From NCBI GenBank assembly GCA_027483605.1, contig JAIXUE010000038.1:1479-65478 (forward strand): 64,000 nt of DNA, read 5' to 3'. Shown here one piece after another: positions 21,811 through 31,785 of the stretch. This stretch comes from Cryomorphaceae bacterium. Lineage in GTDB: Bacteria; Bacteroidota; Bacteroidia; Flavobacteriales_D; Crocinitomicaceae. Each line of letters begins with the position of its first letter. Position 1 is the first letter of the stretch. Both the position numbers and the translations under genes were made by a program. The notes under the pieces are model-generated. The model was not told the DNA's origin. It made no database searches and saw only the letters and a list, made by a program, of their open reading frames with translations.

Positions 21811-22382
21811 CGTTTTTCGATCTGTATAAATTGTTCTTTTAAAAGGCGTTGCAAATTCATTTTTGCTTTTGCCAAATTGGATTTTGATGTTCCTTCGGAG
21901 ATGCCGAGTTTTTCTGCAATTTCTTTATGACTGAGTTCTTCCATGACATAGAGGTTGAATACCGTTCTGTATGCCGGAGAAAGTTTTTCAATGGCTTTTT
22001 GGGCGAGTTCGGCTTTAAGTTGGCTGTGCGCTAAAAGTTCTTGCTCTTGCATGGGGTCTGCAGCCAAAGATTTGAAGTCGTTGTCTTGGTCAGATAAAAA
22101 AGGGTCTTTTTTAGCCTTGCGCAAATGATCAATTGCTGTATTGCTCACAATTCTGCGGATCCAGCCTTCTAGCGAGCCAGAAAAATCAAAATGTTCCAAT
22201 TTGTCAAAGACCTTTAAAAATGAAACTTGGAGCACCTCTTGCGCGCTGTCGCGATCGCCAATGTAGCGCATACTCACAGCCATCATTTTGCCATAAAACA
22301 TAGTAAACAAGCGCTCTTGCGAGCGACGCTCACCTTTGAGGCACCCCTCTACGATTAGTTTTAAGTTGTCTTGCTGCTCCAA
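21807..22382 (-). CDS. RNA polymerase ECF-type sigma-70 factor
   Basis: 191 aa with region 2 (FDFSGSLEGWIRRIVSNTAIDHLRK) and region 4 HTH (SHKEIAEKLGISEGTSKSNLAKAK). Confidence 0.85.
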   Translation of the reverse strand: MEQQDNLKLIVEGCLKGERRSQERLFTMFYGKMMAVSMRYIGDRDSAQEVLQVSFLKVFDKLEHFDFSGSLEGWIRRIVSNTAIDHLRKAKKDPFLSDQDNDFKSLAADPMQEQELLAHSQLKAELAQKAIEKLSPAYRTVFNLYVMEELSHKEIAEKLGISEGTSKSNLAKAKMNLQRLLKEQFIQIEKR

Positions 22383-22529
22383 TTTTCAATATTTACTAAA
22401 CGCAAAGCTAAGCAGAGGGTTGCCTCAGTTTACGACATGAGCTAGTTTTAGCAATAAAAAACATTATTTTTTTGTGAACTATGCGTAAATTCGTCACGCA
22501 AAGCTTTTATCCATTTAAAAACAAGACAA

Positions 22530-23468
22530 ATGAAAGTAACTGTTGTAGGTGCAGGAAACGTAGGAGCGACCTGTGCCGATGTATTGGCTACCCGTGAGAT
22601 CGCCAATGAAATTGTATTACTAGACATCAAAGAAGGTTTTGCCGAAGGCAAGGCTTTAGATATCTGGCAAACAGCCCCCATTAACCTTTATGATTCTCGT
22701 ACGGTTGGTTGTACCAATGATTACGCGCGTACCGCAGATTCAGATGTTGTAGTCATTACTTCAGGTTTGCCGCGCAAGCCCGGAATGTCTCGTGACGACC
22801 TTATCGCAACCAATGCTGGTATCGTTAAGACCGTGACGGAAAACGTCGTGAAACACTCGCCCAACGCGATCATCATTGTTGTTTCTAACCCGTTAGACGT
22901 CATGACTTACTGCGCTTTCTTAAATGCAAACATGCCATCTTCTCGTGTTTTTGGTATGGCGGGTGTCTTAGATACCGCACGTTACCGCGCCTTTTTAGCT
23001 GAAGAACTCAACGTATCTCCTAAAGACATCCAAGCTGTATTGATGGGTGGCCATGGCGACACAATGGTTCCACTGCCACGTTATACGACGGTTGCAGGTA
23101 TTCCAGTTACCGAACTCATCGACGAAGCACGCCTCAACGAAATCATCGAGCGCACCAAATTTGGTGGTGGTGAGATCGTCAAATTGCTCGGTACTTCTGC
23201 TTGGTATGCTCCAGGAGCTGCAGCTGCTCAAATGGTTGAAGCAGTTGTTCGCGACCAAAAACGTATTTTCCCAGTTTGCGCTTGGTTACAAGGCGAATAC
23301 GGCATGTCAGACATCTACTTAGGTGTACCTGTTGTGTTGGGTAAAAACGGTATCGAAAAAATCATCGAATTGCAATTAAACGAAGCTGAACGCGCTTTGC
23401 TCGTCGATTCAGCTGAAGCTGTCAAAGGTGTCATGGATGTCTTAGACAACATGAACGCAAACGCATAA
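22530..23468 (+). CDS. mdh: malate dehydrogenase
   Basis: MKVTVVGAGNVGAT Rossmann start and LDH-like MDH motifs (GGHGDTMVPL). Confidence 0.95.
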   Translation: MKVTVVGAGNVGATCADVLATREIANEIVLLDIKEGFAEGKALDIWQTAPINLYDSRTVGCTNDYARTADSDVVVITSGLPRKPGMSRDDLIATNAGIVKTVTENVVKHSPNAIIIVVSNPLDVMTYCAFLNANMPSSRVFGMAGVLDTARYRAFLAEELNVSPKDIQAVLMGGHGDTMVPLPRYTTVAGIPVTELIDEARLNEIIERTKFGGGEIVKLLGTSAWYAPGAAAAQMVEAVVRDQKRIFPVCAWLQGEYGMSDIYLGVPVVLGKNGIEKIIELQLNEAERALLVDSAEAVKGVMDVLDNMNANA

Positions 23469-23517
23469 TTGAGGTTTTCTAAATACCAGAAATCCGAATT
23501 GTTTTAGATTATAAATG

Positions 23518-23549
23518 AAAAAACCGCGAGTTTAAACTCGCGGTTTTTT
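23518..23549. terminator. bidirectional terminator between convergent mdh and lipoprotein gene
   Basis: A-run, CCGCGAGTTT/AAACTCGCGG perfect palindrome, then T-run. Confidence 0.75.
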
Positions 23550-23552
23550 GGT

Positions 23553-24956
23553 TTAAGGAAGTTCGATAGCCCCAATGTCCGGCGGGTTGTTGCGGGCTTG
23601 ACCTAAGATGTCAGTAACCACAACGGTACTGATGCCTTTGTTGCTCAGTGAGGAGTTGCTGCTGTAAGCAAAATCTCTTTCTGCAGGATTTACAAATAAT
23701 GGCGCCAAGTTCCAAAACAACTGGCTCCCGTAAAAAGGATCGGTATAGGTGGTTTCTGATTTGAACACACTATAGTCGAAGTCAAAATTGAGTTGAACAC
23801 CGGCCATTTGGATGGTATCCATGGCAATTTCGGTATCTAAATTGCCATATATAACACAGTTCTTCAATACGCCTTCTTCTATGCTCGAGACCAATGTTTG
23901 GTTTTGGCTGTAGTCGTTGTAATAATTACTGATCCCTACTGCAGGGTTGGTGGAGGCGCCATAACCGAGTAAATTACAGTGATTGAAATTGAAGTCTCCG
24001 CCCTGTAAAACCAACAGCGCGTGCGTGCCATTTTGTGAAATCAGGCAGTTCTCGGCCTTTACTTTGGCGCCGGCAAAAATAAAGATGCCGTAGCGCGCTT
24101 GGTTGTAAATTTGAGTGTTTTGAATGTTGAGCGTGTAGCTCGAATTGCTTGGGTCTTCGCTGAATAAATGCACGCCGGAGGTGCCGTTTTTCAGAATGGC
24201 GTAGTTGATATTGCTCGGCAATGCTTCATGTAAGTAAATGCCGTAGTATTGCCCACTCACATCTTGGTAGTCTTGCTCGAGGCGGTCTCCCTGAAAAATC
24301 ACTTCATTGCCGAGTTGTCCTTCTATTTGTAAAGAACCTTTATAGACATATAAAAGTGAATTTTTGTGCAGGTGCACTTTTGTGCCTGCCGGTATGGTCA
24401 GGGTTTTGGCGGAGTCTACGATAGCGGCGCCGTAAATGACATGAGGTTTGTCGTTGGGCCAGACCCCTTCGTTGAAATCAAAAATTTGATTCTGAAAATT
24501 GGAGTAATGGAAATAGGCATCTTGGCCCCAAGCGGCTAGTTTGACGTATTGGTCTTTGCCGTTGGTTCGAAAGCGCACGGAATCTTCGATGATCAGTGGA
24601 TTGTTGGTGTTGTTGGCCTGCAGCGTGACTTCCACAAAAACGAACAAAGAGTCCTTGGCTTCTAATAAAAGGTCGGTATGGAGAGCGCCAGGCGTGCCGT
24701 CTACATTGATTCTGTAGACAGAATTCTCGCCGCCCATGAGTTCGATTTCGTCAATTTTGATGCTGCGTTGATCAGGGTTGTAAATCTTGAAGGATTTGGT
24801 GGTGGAGCCAATAGTGGTGAAAACGGTGTCAAAAACAAGGGTGTCTGTCGAAAAGGTAAGGTTAGATTTAGATAGGAGCACTTGCTTATCGCAAGAGCTG
24901 AGCGTGCTCCAAAAGAACAGACCAAGCAAAACCGTAAAAGCGTAGAGATAGCGCAT
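23553..24956 (-). CDS. lipoprotein with right-handed parallel beta-helix-like repeats
   Basis: Lipobox LSSC after the signal peptide MRYLYAFTVLLGLFFWSTLSSC. Repeated N-x-x-I/V-x-x-N segments (NCLISQNGTHALL, NCVIYGN). Confidence 0.55.
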   Translation of the reverse strand: MRYLYAFTVLLGLFFWSTLSSCDKQVLLSKSNLTFSTDTLVFDTVFTTIGSTTKSFKIYNPDQRSIKIDEIELMGGENSVYRINVDGTPGALHTDLLLEAKDSLFVFVEVTLQANNTNNPLIIEDSVRFRTNGKDQYVKLAAWGQDAYFHYSNFQNQIFDFNEGVWPNDKPHVIYGAAIVDSAKTLTIPAGTKVHLHKNSLLYVYKGSLQIEGQLGNEVIFQGDRLEQDYQDVSGQYYGIYLHEALPSNINYAILKNGTSGVHLFSEDPSNSSYTLNIQNTQIYNQARYGIFIFAGAKVKAENCLISQNGTHALLVLQGGDFNFNHCNLLGYGASTNPAVGISNYYNDYSQNQTLVSSIEEGVLKNCVIYGNLDTEIAMDTIQMAGVQLNFDFDYSVFKSETTYTDPFYGSQLFWNLAPLFVNPAERDFAYSSNSSLSNKGISTVVVTDILGQARNNPPDIGAIELP

Positions 24957-24993
24957 AGAAAGACAACGCACAAAACTAAAGAATATTGGTGGT

Positions 24994-25473
24994 TCAGCTC
25001 AATTTTAGGTAAAAATGTTCTTTGGCTTGCCCCGGTCTCGGACTCAGCAGGCCAAAAAAGTAACAATCGGCGGTGAAATGGAATGTTTGGGCTGCATAAA
25101 TATTTTGCCAATACTGTTGGTTTGCTTTGGCGTGAGGCTCCAAAAGGATAAAAATAGATTCTGGATGAATGAATTGATGTTGAAAGACTTCTTCAAAGTT
25201 GGGTAATTGCTCGGGACTTATGATGCAAATACATGGCGAGGAAGCAAGGTCTTCATTTGGTTTGAAGTAACGAAGCTGGTCTTGGGGTAGCTCAGTACAT
25301 AATTGAGCAATAAAAGTCCGCGTCTTTTTTGGGATATGCAGTGGTAAACTTATTTTTTGCGCTACTTTTTGCCTGGCCACAACAGCTACTAACCAATAAG
25401 CAAAAGGGGAGTGGGTGCCATGTCGGCCTTTGGCCTTCCACAGAAAAGCTGTATATTCGAAGCAGCGAAACAT
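24994..25473 (-). CDS. hypothetical protein, possibly a shortened relative of a SAM-methyltransferase-like family
   Basis: About 159 aa from MFRCFEY. Both ends resemble a longer Bacteroidota family as I recall it (HGTHSPFAYWLV ... AKEHFYLKL), but I see no Gly-rich SAM motif. Confidence 0.4.
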   Translation of the reverse strand: MFRCFEYTAFLWKAKGRHGTHSPFAYWLVAVVARQKVAQKISLPLHIPKKTRTFIAQLCTELPQDQLRYFKPNEDLASSPCICIISPEQLPNFEEVFQHQFIHPESIFILLEPHAKANQQYWQNIYAAQTFHFTADCYFFGLLSPRPGQAKEHFYLKLS

Positions 25474-25499
25474 GACGCAAAATAACAAAAAAGATACCG

Positions 25500-26909
25500 A
25501 TGTCCGTTCAAACTAACCAGCGCATTGAAACACAAAGGCAAGCCATTCGCAATGGGCAGCAGCCCCTTGCCGTTTTGCGTCCATGTCGCTTGGGCGATGG
25601 TATTTTGAATTGTGCCCATGATGAACAAGAGCGCTATAGGCAAATTGCCCGCCATTTTACTGAGCCGCTGCACTTTTTTATTCCGGCCTCGGGTTCGGGT
25701 TCCCGTATGTTTGCTTTTCTTTTTGATTATTTACAGCATCCAGACACAGAAAACACCAAACAGGCAGAGCGATTTTTTAGTCGACTTCCCGATTTTGCAC
25801 TTTTTCGCAAATTGCCTGCACACATTCAAGCGGCCTACCATTCAAGCAACCTGACCATAACTGATTTTGCGGCAATGCTCTTAGCTGCTGACGGCCTTAA
25901 CTATAGTGTGTTGCCTAAAGGATTGATTCCTTTTCATCTTCACGAACCCTTTGTGCTCAATGCGTTTCAAGAGCACCTTGCTCAAGTTCAAACTTTAGCG
26001 CAAGGCCCAATTCATTACCATTTTACAATCCAAGCAGACTTCATTCAATCTTTTGAAAAGTGTGCCTCAGAATTACATGCGCTTACGGGTGCTTGCTACA
26101 ACGTGACTTATTCGAGCCAAGACAAGCTCACAGATGCCTTCGTCTTTGATCAGCAGCAAGAGCTCATGAAGGGTTCTCATGGAGAGCCATTGCGCAGGCC
26201 AGCTGGTCATGGTACACTGCTGCAGAATTTGGAGGCACTTCAGGCGCCGTATGTTTTGGTCAAAAACATCGATAATGTCCAGCATTTTAGCCAAAGACAG
26301 CAAAGCAATTCCAATTGGGAATTGTTATTGGGTTTGCAAATTGAGGTTCGCAATACTTTGCGTCAATTTCTTGCCAATAGAGATCAAGCGGGTTTTGCAA
26401 GTTGGAATGAGCGCTTTGGTTTGGTAGATCCTGTCCAGTTACAAGACAGCTCCCTTGCTGATTGGATTCAATTGTTAAATAAGCCTTTGCGCGTTTGTGG
26501 AATGGTGCGCAACGAAGGCCAACCCGGCGGCGGACCATTTTTTGTTGAGATGAACGGAATTGCCACCAAACAAATTGTAGAAAAAGCGCAGCTACATGGC
26601 CACCCAGAAGCCAGTAAACTTCTTTTGCAGAGTACTTATTTTAATCCTGTTCTGATGGTCCTGAGCCCTTGTGACCTCGAAGACAATCCTATTTCATTAC
26701 AGTCATTTTCAGATCCAAGTACTTATTTTGTAGTAGAGAAAAATCAAGGTGGGAAACTGGTCTATTTTGTGGAACAGCCAGGTTTGTGGAATGGTGCAAT
26801 GGCCAATTGGAACACCCTTTTTGTAGAGGTGCCCTCAGCTGTTTTTTCGCCAGTTAAATCAGTCGTAGATTTATTGGATTTTGCACATCAAGCAAACAAA
26901 GGCGTCTAG
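25500..26909 (+). CDS. DUF4301-like protein (UDP-sugar pyrophosphorylase-like fold)
   Basis: 469 aa. The FIPASGSGSRMF nucleotide-binding loop and overall length match my recollection of DUF4301. Confidence 0.55.
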   Translation: MSVQTNQRIETQRQAIRNGQQPLAVLRPCRLGDGILNCAHDEQERYRQIARHFTEPLHFFIPASGSGSRMFAFLFDYLQHPDTENTKQAERFFSRLPDFALFRKLPAHIQAAYHSSNLTITDFAAMLLAADGLNYSVLPKGLIPFHLHEPFVLNAFQEHLAQVQTLAQGPIHYHFTIQADFIQSFEKCASELHALTGACYNVTYSSQDKLTDAFVFDQQQELMKGSHGEPLRRPAGHGTLLQNLEALQAPYVLVKNIDNVQHFSQRQQSNSNWELLLGLQIEVRNTLRQFLANRDQAGFASWNERFGLVDPVQLQDSSLADWIQLLNKPLRVCGMVRNEGQPGGGPFFVEMNGIATKQIVEKAQLHGHPEASKLLLQSTYFNPVLMVLSPCDLEDNPISLQSFSDPSTYFVVEKNQGGKLVYFVEQPGLWNGAMANWNTLFVEVPSAVFSPVKSVVDLLDFAHQANKGV

Positions 26910-26943
26910 AAATGGTTACCTTTGTAAGCCAAAAAGAAAAAGC

Positions 26944-27564
26944 ATGATACCCGTTACCGTATACAGTGAAATGACGCCCAATCCTTCTACCATGAAGTTT
27001 GTGGCTAACAAATATTTATTGCCTACAGGCGCTTCCGTCGAGTTTGAAAACAAAGCAGCAGCTAAAGGTTATTCTCCACTTGCCGAAGCCTTATTTGACT
27101 TTCCTTTCGTTACGAAAGTTTTTATTGCGGTCAACTTTGTCACTGTGGCCAAAACAGACAACGTTCCCTGGGATTTTATCACCATGGAGCTGCGCGAATT
27201 CATCCGCGAATGGATCAGTTTTGAGAAAGAAGTCCTAATTGCCATGCCGAGCCAAATTCAGCACGAGGCACACACAGAAACTACCAATGAGCTAAATCAA
27301 GGAGTGTCCAAGCCAGCTCATTTTGAGCCCTCACCTCTAGACGACGCCATTGTAGATTTATTAGATCAGTACGTGAGGCCTGCAGTAGCTAATGATGGAG
27401 GAGCCATTGATTTTCTCGGCTTTGAGGATGGCAAGGTGACCGTTATGCTTAAAGGATCTTGTGCCGGCTGTCCGTCGTCTACAGCTACCTTGAAAGGTGG
27501 AATTGAAAACCTACTCAAACAACATTTGCCTGAAGTCAAAGAAGTGGTTGCTTTTAACGCATGA
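26944..27564 (+). CDS. NifU/Nfu family Fe-S cluster assembly protein
   Basis: Nfu_N start MIPVTVYSEMTPNPSTMKF and C-terminal NifU CxxC (GSCAGCPSS). The track ORF starts upstream at 26881. Confidence 0.85.
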   Translation: MIPVTVYSEMTPNPSTMKFVANKYLLPTGASVEFENKAAAKGYSPLAEALFDFPFVTKVFIAVNFVTVAKTDNVPWDFITMELREFIREWISFEKEVLIAMPSQIQHEAHTETTNELNQGVSKPAHFEPSPLDDAIVDLLDQYVRPAVANDGGAIDFLGFEDGKVTVMLKGSCAGCPSSTATLKGGIENLLKQHLPEVKEVVAFNA

Positions 27565-27650
27565 TTATGACTTTTTTAGTGGCTATGTGCAATTTTTGCG
27601 TTATTTTTAGATGAACAACTTTTTAAACTTGTTGTTTCTCAACAAGACCT

Positions 27651-29840
27651 ATGTCGTTTATTACGCCAACATACCAACTCAAAGACGCCCTCAAGAACTA
27701 TTTTGGTTACGATCAATTTAAGGGTGCCCAACAGCAAATCATTGAAAACGTATTAGCGGGCCGAAATACCTTCGTACTGATGCCAACTGGAGGCGGCAAG
27801 TCGCTTTGCTACCAATTGCCTTCATTGATGCTACCGGGCACGTCTATAATCGTTTCGCCCCTTATTGCACTCATGAAAAACCAAGTAGATGCCGTTCGAG
27901 GCTTCTCTCAAACGGGGCAAGTAGCACATTTTTTGAATTCTTCGCTGAGCAAAGCAGAAATTGCACAAGTGAAAACCGATGTCTTGAGTGGCCAGACCAA
28001 AATGCTTTACGTAGCACCAGAATCACTCACCAAAAAAGAAAACATCGATTTTTTGGCAGCGGTACCCATTTCATTTTTTGCCATTGACGAAGCACATTGT
28101 ATCTCGGAATGGGGTCACGATTTCAGACCAGAATACCGCCGCTTGCGCGAAATTTTTGAAAAAATTTCATCGGTTCCGATCATTGCCCTTACCGCAACGG
28201 CTACTCCAAAAGTTCAGCACGACATCCAGAAGAATCTCAATATGCTGGACGCCGATGTCTTTAAATCCTCTTTCAACCGAGACAACCTCTATTACGAAAT
28301 TCGTCCAAAACGCGAAGTCGAAAAACAGATCATTCGCTACATCAAGCAGCACGAAGGTCAAAGTGGCATCATTTATTGTCTCAGCCGCAAAAAAGTGGAA
28401 GAAATTGCCGAGCTTTTACAAGTCAACGGCATCAATGCACTTCCTTACCACGCAGGTTTGGACGCGAGCTCGCGCGCCCGTCATCAAGATGCATTTTTGA
28501 TGGAAGAAGTGGAGGTAATTGTCGCTACCATTGCTTTTGGCATGGGCATCGATAAACCTGATGTTCGCTATGTCATTCACCACGACATCCCGAAGTCTAT
28601 CGAGAGCTACTACCAAGAAACCGGACGCGCAGGACGAGACGGTGGCATTGGTGAATGCATTGCATTTTACAGTTACAAAGACATCGAGAAACTCGAGAAA
28701 TTCTTACAAGGTAAAGCACTCACCGAACAAGAGATTGGCAGGCAGTTATTGCATGAAATCGTCTCTTACGCAGAGACCTCCGTGTGCCGCAGAAAATTCA
28801 TTTTGCATTATTTTGGCGAGGAATTCAGCCATGAGAGCTGTCATGAAAAGTGCGACAACTGTAAGCGTCCGCAGGAACGCATGGAAGGAGGGCAGTACCT
28901 TAACAACTTATTGCAAGCGGTGGTGCAGCTTGAGCAAACTCAAAAATCAAAGCATTATTGCGCATTTTTATCAGGACATGTCAATGCCGATATCAAAGCC
29001 TATAAGCACGACCAACTACCATTGTTTGCAGTGGGTAAAAACTACGACGAACATTTTTGGAATGCAGTCATTAGGCAAGCGGTAGTTGGAGGCTATCTTT
29101 ATAAAGACGTAGAAACCTTCGGAACGCTCAAGCTCACCTCAAAAGGAAACGATTTCTTAGCTGCCCCAAACAGCTTCATGTTGTTCAAACAACACGATTT
29201 CTCCAATACCGACGACGACGACATCATCCTTAATCAAAAAGGAGCTGCTTTTGATGAGGTACTGTATGCACAATTGCTCGAGCTCCGACGCAAAGTAGCC
29301 AAGCAAGCAGGAGTGCCCCCTTTTGTAGTATTTCAGGAGCCTTCTTTGAGAGATATGTGCTTGCAATACCCAATAGATCTCCAAGAACTTACTTCCATTC
29401 AGGGTGTTGGTGCAGGCAAAGCACAGCGTTATGGCACCCCATTTATTGAACACATTTCAGCGCATGTCGAGGCAAATCAAATTGAGCGCCCACAAGATTA
29501 CGTTGTCAAATCATTGATCAATAAATCGGGAGCAAAAGTACAGCTCATTCAAAATATTGATCGCAAGTTACCTTTAGAAGACATCGCCAAATCTCAAGGA
29601 AAATCCTTTGATGCGTTGCTAGAAGAGCTGGAAACAGTCGTTAATTCGGGTACCAAACTCAATATTGACTATTACCTTAAAGAGGTAATGGATAACGACA
29701 ACCAAGAGGAAATCATCGATTATTTTATGGGGGCTGAATCCGACGACCTCATCACAGCTTATCACGAATTTGATGGCTTATATACTGAAGAAGAACTTAG
29801 ACTTGTTCGGATCAAATTTTTGTCAGTATACGCTAATTAA
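27651..29840 (+). CDS. recQ: ATP-dependent DNA helicase RecQ
   Basis: 729 aa. Motifs PTGGGKSLCYQLP, DEAHCISEWGHDFRPEY, TATAT. Also an RQC Zn-finger (CRRK...CDNC) and a C-terminal HRDC. Confidence 0.95.
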   Translation: MSFITPTYQLKDALKNYFGYDQFKGAQQQIIENVLAGRNTFVLMPTGGGKSLCYQLPSLMLPGTSIIVSPLIALMKNQVDAVRGFSQTGQVAHFLNSSLSKAEIAQVKTDVLSGQTKMLYVAPESLTKKENIDFLAAVPISFFAIDEAHCISEWGHDFRPEYRRLREIFEKISSVPIIALTATATPKVQHDIQKNLNMLDADVFKSSFNRDNLYYEIRPKREVEKQIIRYIKQHEGQSGIIYCLSRKKVEEIAELLQVNGINALPYHAGLDASSRARHQDAFLMEEVEVIVATIAFGMGIDKPDVRYVIHHDIPKSIESYYQETGRAGRDGGIGECIAFYSYKDIEKLEKFLQGKALTEQEIGRQLLHEIVSYAETSVCRRKFILHYFGEEFSHESCHEKCDNCKRPQERMEGGQYLNNLLQAVVQLEQTQKSKHYCAFLSGHVNADIKAYKHDQLPLFAVGKNYDEHFWNAVIRQAVVGGYLYKDVETFGTLKLTSKGNDFLAAPNSFMLFKQHDFSNTDDDDIILNQKGAAFDEVLYAQLLELRRKVAKQAGVPPFVVFQEPSLRDMCLQYPIDLQELTSIQGVGAGKAQRYGTPFIEHISAHVEANQIERPQDYVVKSLINKSGAKVQLIQNIDRKLPLEDIAKSQGKSFDALLEELETVVNSGTKLNIDYYLKEVMDNDNQEEIIDYFMGAESDDLITAYHEFDGLYTEEELRLVRIKFLSVYAN

Positions 29841-31785
29841 GCTTTTGTTTTAATACTTTCTGAACAGATGTTCTCGTGACGCTGTGGTAATTATTTTTGG
29901 CGCCAAAGAAAATACGTCGGGCCAACTTGAGCCCGTAAGGGCTTTTTGCAAGCGTCTCGTATATAGGTAAAACAAATTTGCGTCTTCCAATTTTCATCAG
30001 AAAATGCCGCAACTCTTCTTCAATTTTGAACACATAATCTGATTGAGCAGCTAATACGAACCAATCACATAAGATTTCACTATTCTTGGTCTGGCTAAAA
30101 TGAAATTGTTGGTCAAGAGCCGCCAAGCGAGCGATTTTGGTCTGGGGGTCTAGTGCCCTGATGAATAACTGCCATTCTTGGATCAGGTAATCGTTGTATT
30201 TGATGTTGATCTGCTGCTTGATTTTTTTGCGCTTCCCATTTTTGCGAACCCATTTGATTTTCACTTTTGGTTTGAAAGGATTTTTTCCTGCATTGAATTC
30301 ACTGGCAAAGCTTTTGATTTTATCCAATCTTGGTGCAGCAATTGCAACGCAATTTGGAGGTAAACCAGGTTCGTAAATCCATTGGCGGTAGTTGAAGTCG
30401 GCACCTGTTTTGGACAATAATTGTCTTTCCAAGAAGTCGATGAAGCGATCGGCGGTGATGGTCTGATACGCAAAGTGCGTGAAGTAACGCTTTAAGAATA
30501 AATCTAGTTGTTTTCTACCGACAGTTTGTTCGAGCGTTCTAAAGAAAAAGGCGCCCTTCACATAAGCGATATCTGACATCGCGATGTCGGGGTCTCGGTT
30601 TACTAAATCGAGGTGGAGTTTGCTGTCTTGCAAGGCGCTGTCGGCAGCCATTTCTGCCAAGGTTTGCTGTAGCTCACCAAATTCTACCTGAGCTAGGATA
30701 TCTGCAATTTCTTTACCCCTAAGCGCCTCCATAATGCGCTGCTCAAAATAAACAGTAGTGCCTTCATTGAGCCAAAGGTCAGACCAAGAGTGGTTCGTGA
30801 CTAAGTTACCTGACCATGAATGCGCTAATTCGTGCGCTACGACTGAAACCAAACTCTTGTCGCCGGTGAGTAAGGTAGGATTGGCAAAAGTGAGCATTGG
30901 ATTTTCCATGCCACCAAAAGGGAAGGAATAGGGCAAGACCAATATATCGTAACGCCCCCACTGGTAGGCACCGTACAAATCTTCGGCAACGCGCATCATT
31001 TGCGGCAAATCTTCAAATTCGTCGACGCATTCTTGGAGTAGTTCTTTTTCTGCATAGACACCGCAGTGTTGGCCCAAATCTTTGAAACCGATGTCGCCAA
31101 CCGCTAAAGCAATCAAGTAACTCGGAATGGCTTTGCGCATTTCAAAATGATATTGCCCATCAGGAGCCAAGCGCGTTGGGTTTTCGGCGCTCATGAGGGC
31201 GAGTAAATCACTTGGAACCTGCACATCTGCACTATAAGTGATGCGGTTAGAAGGTGAATCTTGCAGCGGAATCCAGGTGCGCGTCAGAATCGCTTGTCCT
31301 TGGGTGTAAAGAAAAGGCTTGGTTTTGGAACTCGTTAAGTTGGTATCTAGCCAATCGAGTGCAGCAGAACCTTCTGTGGTTTGATAATAAATATTGACAT
31401 CAGTGGTTTTGGCATCGACATTGACCAATAAGGCCTGCCCGATGATGCTGTCTTTGTCCATTGGACCAATCGTAAAATCGGTTTCTTTTTCTGCACCTTT
31501 TTTACCCAAAGTGACTTTTTGAATGAGCAAACCTTTGACATCGAAAATAGCGGTATCAGCACCCCGATTTTTCATTTGATGGCGCGCAATGCCGTAGATG
31601 GTTTGGGCTGCAAAATCAACCTCAAGATCGAGGTGGAGGTGTTGGGTGTGAATTTGATCTAGGTTCGCGTAGCTGTGGTCGTCGTGAGGTTTTTGACTGA
31701 GTTGTTCGGTAGCTGCAGGTTGTTTGCTTGGAGCGCCTGAACAGGACCAAAGAAAAATAGAGAGCAAGAACAGTAGCGCGCGCAT
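29833..31785 (-). CDS. M1 family aminopeptidase (LTA4-hydrolase-like)
   Basis: GGMENP exopeptidase motif and HELAHSWSGN-x18-E zinc motif. N-terminal signal/lipobox (LWSC). Confidence 0.9.
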   Translation of the reverse strand: MRALLFLLSIFLWSCSGAPSKQPAATEQLSQKPHDDHSYANLDQIHTQHLHLDLEVDFAAQTIYGIARHQMKNRGADTAIFDVKGLLIQKVTLGKKGAEKETDFTIGPMDKDSIIGQALLVNVDAKTTDVNIYYQTTEGSAALDWLDTNLTSSKTKPFLYTQGQAILTRTWIPLQDSPSNRITYSADVQVPSDLLALMSAENPTRLAPDGQYHFEMRKAIPSYLIALAVGDIGFKDLGQHCGVYAEKELLQECVDEFEDLPQMMRVAEDLYGAYQWGRYDILVLPYSFPFGGMENPMLTFANPTLLTGDKSLVSVVAHELAHSWSGNLVTNHSWSDLWLNEGTTVYFEQRIMEALRGKEIADILAQVEFGELQQTLAEMAADSALQDSKLHLDLVNRDPDIAMSDIAYVKGAFFFRTLEQTVGRKQLDLFLKRYFTHFAYQTITADRFIDFLERQLLSKTGADFNYRQWIYEPGLPPNCVAIAAPRLDKIKSFASEFNAGKNPFKPKVKIKWVRKNGKRKKIKQQINIKYNDYLIQEWQLFIRALDPQTKIARLAALDQQFHFSQTKNSEILCDWFVLAAQSDYVFKIEEELRHFLMKIGRRKFVLPIYETLAKSPYGLKLARRIFFGAKNNYHSVTRTSVQKVLKQKLN

